Source: Beijerinckiaceae bacterium (lineage in GTDB: Bacteria; Pseudomonadota; Alphaproteobacteria; Rhizobiales; Beijerinckiaceae). Taken from it: 64,000 nt of DNA. Position numbers and translations under genes: made by a program. The notes under the pieces were generated by a model. The model searched no databases and was not told the DNA's origin. It worked only from the letters and a program-made list of their open reading frames with translations. The stretch spans positions 2,895-66,894 of the forward strand of contig DATCMH010000021.1 in assembly GCA_036563505.1 (NCBI GenBank). The letters are read 5' to 3'. Numbering within the stretch: the stretch's first letter is position 1; each line of letters opens with the position of its first letter. This document shows positions 59,101-64,000 of this stretch, piece after piece.

Positions 59101-59615
59101 AGGTCTGGCGTCAAGGGCGTCATCCGCGCGAAGCCGGTCAGCAGCCCCGCCGCGGTCGTCAGGACCGCCGCGAGCGCCGGGCCGATGGCGGGCGTCCGCA
59201 GGGCGAGCGCGGCCCGCGCGACGGCCAGCGCCCCGACGGCGGTCGCCCCCAGGATGGCGAGCGCCGGCAGGACGGGTCGCGCGGGCCACGGCCCGACCGG
59301 GGCCCTGGTCAGCGACCGCAAGGCCCGCGCCCTGAGCATCGCGCTCCGGAGCAGCGCGCCGATGGTCCGCGCCCAGACCGCCCGCCGCGGGATGAACGCG
59401 GCGCCCAGGGCGGCCGGCCCGAGCGCGATCCCAACCGCCCACCCCGGGGCGATCGTGCGCCGCGGCCCGACCGTGGCCAGGACCGTCCTCGCGAGTGGTC
59501 GAACCAGGGCGCCGGGCGCCGCGACGAGCGTCGCGAGCGTCAGCCGGACCCGGATTCGCCCTTCGCCAAGCTGCTCGCCCTCAAGGAGCAGCTCCAGTCG
59601 CGCGACAAGCGGTAG
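56127..59615 (+). CDS. SUV3-like superfamily-2 ATP-dependent RNA helicase with long disordered C-terminal tail
   Basis: Motif I GPTNTGKTH, motif II VAVDEIQ, and ATDAVGMGLNL and GRAGR as in Suv3. About 810 structured residues are followed by ~350 low-complexity residues. Confidence 0.88.
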   Translation: MARRSLSPQQRSRGVTAVLGPTNTGKTHLAIERMLGHDSGMIGLPLRLLAREVYQRVVEKAGVNNVALVTGEEKIKPERPRYWISTVEAMPRDLDVSFVAVDEIQLAADLDRGHVFTDRLLNQRGRSETLLIGSGTMRPLVEALLPGVHVVTRPRLSKLTFAGEKKLSRLPPRTAIVAFSAEEVYAIAELIRRQRGGAAVVLGALSPRTRNAQVDLYQSGDVQYLIATDAVGMGLNLDVDHVAFAGSAKFDGVRFRKLYPPEIGQIAGRAGRHLRDGTFGTTGRCPPFDAELIEQLESHQFEPVKVLQWRNPDLEFSSVAKLQESLAEQPRDLGLLRAPMAEDVAALEIVSRDEEVRGLARGRAAVERLWDVCQVPDYRKVSPATHADLVSQLYRFLMQDGVVRPDWFARHVALLDRVEGDIDTLSNRIAQVRTWTFVANRPDWLADPEHWQGVTRQVEDRLSDALHERLAQRFVDRRTSVLMRRLRENAMLEADITATGDVTVEGQHVGHLHGFQFVPDPLAGGEEAKTLRNAAAKALAGEIDARAERFSLAPDTSLVLSNDGTIRWQGDPVAKLEPGDKLYEPKLRLLADEQLTGPSRDKVETRLKAWLKAHVVRLLGPALHLEEAPELSGLARGIGFQVAEALGVLERSRVLQEVRGLDQEGRASLRKLGLRFGAYHLYLPALLKPGPRTLAAQLWALRNGGLDQKGLDEIAHLAASGRTSIPVDTEIAKGLYRAAGFRVCGGRAVRVDILERLADQIRPAIAYRPGVTPGEPPPGAADGEGFVPTVTMTSLVGCSGEDFASILRSLGYVSDRRPGPAITVPLVAAPAPIVPPTAVQTAPDVAAEAAADVPATDGATDATAGADLSAVAHGQVDDAATAEPVAGPDGGDAVETAEATPASDGADPAAEPTPVPDSDVAAAPALVETAAEEAAVTAELAVEMAAASDAVAAASVEPAAAEPSADAPALDAPAPEMPSAEVAAPAEAELLEVWRQGRHPREAGQQPRRGRQDRRERRADGGRPQGERGPRDGQRPDGGRPQDGERRQDGSRGPRPDRGPGQRPQGPRPEHRAPEQRADGPRPDRPPRDERGAQGGRPERDPNRPPRGDRAPRPDRGQDRPREWSNQGAGRRDERRERQPDPDSPFAKLLALKEQLQSRDKR

Positions 59616-59624
59616 GAGCGGCGC

Positions 59625-59900
59625 CTGCGCGAGGACCGGCAGCGGCTCGACAAGTGGCTGTGGTTCGCGCGCTTCGCGAAGACGCGCACGCTTGCGGCGA
59701 AACTCGTCACCGACGGTTTCGTGCGCGTGAACGGGCAGCGGGTCGAGAGCGCGGCGAAGGCGGTTGCTCTCGGTGACGTCATCACCGTCGCGAGCCGGCA
59801 CGTCACGGCGGTGGTGCGCGTCGAGGCTCTGGGCGAGCGTCGGGGGCCGGCGCCCGAGGCGCGCCTGCTCTACGCCGAGCTCGGCCGCGACGACGCTTGA
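59625..59900 (+). CDS. S4-domain RNA-binding protein (Hsp15/HslR-like); start codon non-canonical or unresolved
   Basis: Frame-0 reading after the helicase TAG gives ERRLREDRQRLDKWLWFARFAKTRTLAAKLVTDGFVRVNGQRV...LYAELGRDDA. The only start-like codon is CTG 59625, 6 nt after AGGAG (59614-59618). Absent from the ORF track. Confidence 0.6.
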   Translation: MREDRQRLDKWLWFARFAKTRTLAAKLVTDGFVRVNGQRVESAAKAVALGDVITVASRHVTAVVRVEALGERRGPAPEARLLYAELGRDDA

Positions 59901-59970
59901 GCTTGTCAGTGCCAAGGGGAGGGGCTAGAGGCCGGTCCTTTCCCAAGGGATCTCATCCGAAGGACCGCCG

Positions 59971-60309
59971 ATGACCTACGTCGTCACCGAAAACTGCATC
60001 AAGTGCAAGTACATGGACTGCGTCGAGGTCTGCCCGGTGGACTGCTTCTACGAGGGCGAGAACATGCTCGTCATCCACCCTGACGAGTGTATCGACTGCG
60101 GAGTTTGTGAACCGGAATGCCCGGCCGAGGCCATCAAGCCCGATACCGAGCCGGGCCTGGAGACTTGGCTCAAGATCAACGCCGACATGGTGAAGAGCTG
60201 GCCCAACATCACGCAGAAAAAAGAAGCGCCCGCGGACGCCAAGAGCTTCGACGGGCAGCCCGGCAAGTACGAGGCCTATTTCTCGGCCAATCCGGGCGAA
60301 GGGGACTGA
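59971..60309 (+). CDS. fdxA: 7Fe ferredoxin FdxA ([3Fe-4S][4Fe-4S])
   Basis: [26 protein letters not shown]...[12 protein letters not shown]. Confidence 0.95.
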   Translation: MTYVVTENCIKCKYMDCVEVCPVDCFYEGENMLVIHPDECIDCGVCEPECPAEAIKPDTEPGLETWLKINADMVKSWPNITQKKEAPADAKSFDGQPGKYEAYFSANPGEGD

Positions 60310-60386
60310 GCGCGAGGCAGGCCGCTCGCCCGGAGCGGTGACGGCCCTCCGGGAACCGCGGCCTCGGCAGCCCTGTTAAGGTTCGC

Positions 60387-61556
60387 ATGCCGAAGCGGAC
60401 CTCGACACCCCCCGACACCCGAGCCCTGCAGCGGCTGCTCGATTATCAGCGGGCGCTCGGCAATTTCAGCCGCGTCGCCACCGAGACCCTGCCGGTCGAG
60501 CGCATCCTGCAGCACGCGGCGGCCTCCGTGTCCCGCGTCACCCATGTGCGTCACGTCAAGGTTCTGCGCTACCGGGCCGACGAGGGCGATCTTCTGATCG
60601 AGGCAGGGGTGGGCTGGCGGCCGAACGTTGTCGGCCACGTCGCCCTGCCCATCGACGAAGCTTCGCCGCCGGGCCGCGCCCTTCAGACCGGCGCCGCGGT
60701 GATGATTTCGGACCTTGAGGGCGACTCCGAGTTCCGGGCTTCGCCGCTCCTGCGCGAACACGGCATTGTCGCTCTCCTCAACGTGCCGATCCGCCTCGAC
60801 GGCGGCATTTGGGGCGTCCTTGAGGTCGACAGCACCGAACCGCGCGCCTTCGACGAGGGCGACATCGGCTTCCTCTCCGCCTACGCCAACATGCTCGGGC
60901 TCGCGATGCAGCGGGTGGAGGCGGATCGCAAGGCCGTCGAGAGCGTCGCCGAAGCCGCCCGCAAGGCGGCCGCGCAAGAAGTGATGCTGCGGGAACTCCA
61001 GCACCGCATGCGCAACAATTTCCAGATCATGAGCGCCTTCATCGCCCTGCAGCGCCGGCGCTCCGAAACGCCGGACGCCCGCGCGCGGCTGACCCAGGTC
61101 ATGGAGCGGGTCCAGGCCATCGCGCTGGCCCACGACCAGCTCTCCGTCCGGCAAACGGGAGAGGTGGAATTCGGCGACTATCTGCGGGCGCTCTGCGCGA
61201 ACATCGACCCCGGACGTGAGGCCATTCGGATTCGGGTCGATGCCAGCGCCGCCACGCTACCCCTCGATCGGGCCGTGCCGGCGGGACTGGTCGTCAACGA
61301 ACTCGTGACGAACGCGCTCAAATACGCCTTCGGGGACGAGGGCGGAACCGTCACGGTGACCTTTGCCCTGGAGCCGAGCCTGGGTGAAGCCTGCGTGCAG
61401 GTGGAGGATGACGGCTGCGGCTTCGGGGCTGGGCGCGAGGGGGGCCTGGGGCTCACCCTCGTGAACTCCTTCGCCGATCAGCTCGGCGGTCGCGTGGAGC
61501 GCGACGAGCCGGAGCGCGGCACCCGCATTCGGGTCGTCTTCCCGCTGCCGGTGTGA
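60387..61556 (+). CDS. GAF-domain sensor histidine kinase (HisKA_2/HWE type), orphan
   Basis: GAF-like N-terminal half, phospho-acceptor ELQHRMRNNFQIMSAFI, and an HATPase_c C-terminus (NELVTNALKYAF ... DDGCGF). No response regulator is adjacent. Confidence 0.85.
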   Translation: MPKRTSTPPDTRALQRLLDYQRALGNFSRVATETLPVERILQHAAASVSRVTHVRHVKVLRYRADEGDLLIEAGVGWRPNVVGHVALPIDEASPPGRALQTGAAVMISDLEGDSEFRASPLLREHGIVALLNVPIRLDGGIWGVLEVDSTEPRAFDEGDIGFLSAYANMLGLAMQRVEADRKAVESVAEAARKAAAQEVMLRELQHRMRNNFQIMSAFIALQRRRSETPDARARLTQVMERVQAIALAHDQLSVRQTGEVEFGDYLRALCANIDPGREAIRIRVDASAATLPLDRAVPAGLVVNELVTNALKYAFGDEGGTVTVTFALEPSLGEACVQVEDDGCGFGAGREGGLGLTLVNSFADQLGGRVERDEPERGTRIRVVFPLPV

Positions 61557-61652
61557 CCGGGACGGCAGGGCTCGAAGCCTCGCGTTGCAGCCGAATCGGC
61601 CGGGAAAATCGGTTCAAGGCGCCCTGGAGCGTCGTGAGGCGGCGAAAAAGCG

Positions 61653-61681
61653 TTGATTTTCAGGTAGGGACGTGGTAGCTT
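61653..61681 (+). promoter_or_regulatory. Weak sigma70-like promoter candidate in the long carD upstream region
   Basis: TTGATT-N17-TAGCTT. Would give a leader of about 270 nt. Motif match only. Confidence 0.2.
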
Positions 61682-61959
61682 CCCCCTATCGACGCCTGCG
61701 CTCGATGCGCTCCGCAACCCCGCAGATGAGCGGTTTCACATCACTGGCATAACGACAACGTCCAGCTCGGGATGACCTTGATCGCATCCCGCGAACCGGA
61801 CTGGGAAAGGGCGTTCGTAGACCTCGGCTGATACAGGGATCGACGGCGGTTTCGCAAGCCCGCCGACGGTTAATTTTGTTCCTGAGAGACCCTGCTCGAT
61901 GGAACGCCTCGATGCCGCGCTCGAACAGGGGCGCGGACGCGACAGGAGATTTGCCTCGC

Positions 61960-62544
61960 ATGACGACGACCGCGAAGAAGACCGCTCACCGTCAAGGGTT
62001 CAAGACGGGCGAGGCCATCGTCTACCCGGCTCACGGCGTCGGCCGCATCACCGCCATCGAGGAGCAGGAGATCGCCGGCTTCAAGCTCGAGCTGTTCGTC
62101 GTCGCCTTCGAGAAAGACAAGATGGTCCTGCGCGTCCCGACGGCGAAGGCCGCGGCGGTCGGCATGCGCAAGCTCGCCGAGCCGGAGCTCGTCGCCAAGG
62201 CGCTCGAGGTTCTGACCGGCCGCGCCCGTGTCAAGCGGACCATGTGGTCGCGTCGCGCTCAGGAATATGAGGCCAAGATCAATTCGGGCGACCTCATCGC
62301 CGTGACCGAGGTCGTGCGCGACCTCTACCGCTCCGAGGCCCAGCCTGAGCAGTCCTACTCCGAGCGCCAGCTCTACGAGGCGGCCCTCGACCGGCTCGTC
62401 CGCGAGATCTCGACCGTGAACCGCATCACGGAAACGGAAGCTCTCAAGCTCATCGAGCAGAGCCTCGCCAAGTCGCCGCGCCGTGCCAAGGGCGAAGCGG
62501 CTCCCGAGGGCGAGAGCGACGACCTGCAGGACGAGGCGGCCTGA
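61960..62544 (+). CDS. carD: CarD/CdnL family RNAP-binding transcriptional regulator
   Basis: ATG 61960 after AGGAGA. FKTGEAIVYPAHGVGRITAIEEQEIAG Tudor-like N-domain. Confidence 0.92.
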   Translation: MTTTAKKTAHRQGFKTGEAIVYPAHGVGRITAIEEQEIAGFKLELFVVAFEKDKMVLRVPTAKAAAVGMRKLAEPELVAKALEVLTGRARVKRTMWSRRAQEYEAKINSGDLIAVTEVVRDLYRSEAQPEQSYSERQLYEAALDRLVREISTVNRITETEALKLIEQSLAKSPRRAKGEAAPEGESDDLQDEAA

Positions 62545-62577
62545 GCCCTTCGCTCCTCACCGAGACGCTGCACTGAC

Positions 62578-62610
62578 AAGCCCGGCCCCGCGCCGGGCTT
62601 CGTCGTTTCG
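62578..62610 (+). terminator. Rho-independent terminator after carD
   Basis: 9-bp stem AAGCCCGGC / GCCGGGCTT with a 5-nt loop, followed by CGTCGTTTCG. Confidence 0.6.
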
Positions 62611-62731
62611 AGACCCCTTCGTCGCGAGGGTGTGACCACAAGTCATTCCAAACCCGTTTCCCTTGCGTCACCTCCCGTGATCCAATCGCTGCACCGCGGC
62701 GTAGGCCGTGCGACATCGCGAGGAGGAGAGC

Positions 62732-63604
62732 ATGGGAGAGATCTCAGGCGTCCGGCGACGCTTCGTGCGGGCCGCGATGGAAGCCCCCTTTCTCGAACGC
62801 GAGGAAGAACGCGAACTCGCGGTGCTCTGGCGTAACCGGGGGGACGAGGAGGCGCTGCATCGCCTGACCTCCTCGCATATGCGCCTGGTGATCGCGCTCG
62901 CCTCGCGGTTCAGGCATTACGGCCTTCCCGTCTCCGACCTGATCCAGGAAGGGCATGTCGGCCTCCTCGAGGCGGCAGCCCGCTTCGAGCCCGAGCGGGA
63001 CGTGCGCTTCTCCACCTATGCCACCTGGTGGATCCGGGCCTCGATCCAGGACTACATCCTGCGCAACTGGTCGATCGTGCGGGGTGGCACGAGCTCGGCG
63101 CAGAAATCCCTGTTCTTCAACCTGAGGCGCCTGCGCGCCAAGCTCACCCGCGGGGGCGAGGAGCGGATCGCGTCCGAGGTGCACGGCAAGATCGCCGATG
63201 CTATCGGCGTCTCCCGCGCCGATGTGGCGCTGATGGATGCGAGGCTCTCGGCCCCCGACACCTCGCTCAACGCGCCTCTGCTCGACCACGAAGCCGGCGG
63301 CTCGGCCGAGCGGATGGAGTTTCTGGTCGACGCGAGCCCGCTGCCCGACGAGAGCGTGGGCGAGACGATCGACGCAGAACGCCGGGTTCGTTGGCTGCGC
63401 GAGGCGCTCGCCGTGCTCAACGAGCGCGAACTGCGGATCCTGAAGGAGCGGCGGCTCGAGGACGAGCAGGCGACCCTCGAATCCCTCGGCGTGCGGCTCG
63501 GCATCTCGAAGGAAAGAGTGCGCCAGATCGAGAACCGGGCGCTTGAGAAGCTGCGCCAGGCCCTGGTGGAGCGGCATCCGCAGGCCGCGAGCGTCTACGT
63601 CTGA
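62732..63604 (+). CDS. rpoH: RNA polymerase sigma-32 factor RpoH
   Basis: RpoH box AQKSLFFNLRRLR, region 2 DLIQEGHVGLLEAAARF, and region 4 LGISKERVRQIENRAL. ATG 62732 after GAGGAGGAG (alternative GTG 62708). Confidence 0.93.
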   Translation: MGEISGVRRRFVRAAMEAPFLEREEERELAVLWRNRGDEEALHRLTSSHMRLVIALASRFRHYGLPVSDLIQEGHVGLLEAAARFEPERDVRFSTYATWWIRASIQDYILRNWSIVRGGTSSAQKSLFFNLRRLRAKLTRGGEERIASEVHGKIADAIGVSRADVALMDARLSAPDTSLNAPLLDHEAGGSAERMEFLVDASPLPDESVGETIDAERRVRWLREALAVLNERELRILKERRLEDEQATLESLGVRLGISKERVRQIENRALEKLRQALVERHPQAASVYV

Positions 63605-63616
63605 GACGAGGGAAGC

Positions 63617-64000
63617 CTACTCGACAACGACCTTGTAGCGCTCGCCCGCCTTGAGCGGCCCGGCCTTGTCCAGGCCGTTGAGCAGCAGGAAGGTCTCTTG
63701 CGGCCTGTCGACCGGCATGCGCTGGGCAAGGCTCGCAACCGTGTCGCCCTCGCCCGCCGCCATGACCTGCAGCCGCAGCGGTTGGAGGGAACTCGCCTCC
63801 TCCGCAGAGACCGTCCTTACGCTGTCGAGAGCGGCCCGGAAGGCTCGGTCGCTCTCGCTCGAGAGGGTCCGGGTGGCGTAGATCAGGCGGTAGGTCGTCG
63901 CCCCGACGCGGATGGCGGCAAGGCGGAAGGCCCAATCCTTGCCCCGCGAGGTCGCCAGGGCCGCGGGGTTGCCGTTCACGGTCGTGGTCTCGACGCTGCC
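63617..64000 (-). CDS. C-terminal part of a larger protein (likely M48-type metalloprotease with LysM-like C-terminus); runs off right edge
   Basis: The frame is open to position 64000. The C-terminus GDTVASLAQRMPVDRPQETFLLLNGLDKAGPLKAGERYKVVV looks LysM-like. Family assignment is from memory of Rhizobiales homologues. Confidence 0.5.
   Translation of the reverse strand, partial: GSVETTTVNGNPAALATSRGKDWAFRLAAIRVGATTYRLIYATRTLSSESDRAFRAALDSVRTVSAEEASSLQPLRLQVMAAGEGDTVASLAQRMPVDRPQETFLLLNGLDKAGPLKAGERYKVVVE

Noticed and set aside
57045-59915. 956-aa ORF on the minus strand
   Set aside because: It is entirely antisense to the helicase, which has clear SF2/Suv3 motifs. The product is Arg/Gly/Ala/Pro-rich with no motifs. 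Long stop-free antisense frames are expected at ~70% GC.
62662-62689. Sigma32-like autoregulatory promoter upstream of rpoH (CTTGCG-N14-CCAATCG)
   Set aside because: The -10 part matches the CCCCATNT consensus poorly, making this too weak to call.

Overview
High-GC (roughly 68-70% by eye) alphaproteobacterial chromosome segment. Gene content and the GC-rich palindromic intergenic repeats suggest Hyphomicrobiales, Methylobacteriaceae/Bosea-like; the organism call is inference only. I support about 75 protein genes. I found no rRNA or tRNA, no transposase, integrase or phage genes, and no CRISPR array. Most of the window is core housekeeping in conserved alphaproteobacterial synteny: ychF-pth-rplY, queC-yhhQ, prs, uvrC-pgsA-moaD-moaE, purC, the F1-ATPase zeta inhibitor (DUF1476), gluQ, lepA, hrcA / rph-rdgB, bolA / J-domain-cobS-cobT, rpmB, and SUV3-like helicase - S4(Hsp15-like) - fdxA ... 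carD - rpoH. Many gene pairs are translationally coupled by 1-8 nt overlaps (ATGA/GTGA). Variable material consists of: a vapBC toxin-antitoxin cassette between queC and prs; an XRE-cupin regulator with two GNATs; an MCP coupled to a GNAT; a DUF29 gene wedged between cobS and cobT; a TetR-SDR-GST islet; a GAF-HisKA_2 kinase between fdxA and carD; a six-gene TRAP/racemase-like/HAD/M20 cluster; and several families of nested palindromic repeats. I do not see a clear multi-gene novel defence or mobile system. The observations I rank highest are these. (1) The Hsp15-like S4 ORF lies in the same frame as the 1162-aa helicase. Only one TAG separates them, and the S4 ORF has no ATG/GTG/TTG start; the only candidate is a CTG preceded by AGGAG. 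(2) An intergenic-type palindromic repeat unit is embedded in frame inside uvrC. (3) DUF29 is inserted into the cobS-cobT pair. (4) The helicase has a ~350-aa acidic-then-Arg/Gly/Pro-rich disordered tail. All long ORFs antisense to recognised genes are treated as GC-driven artefacts.
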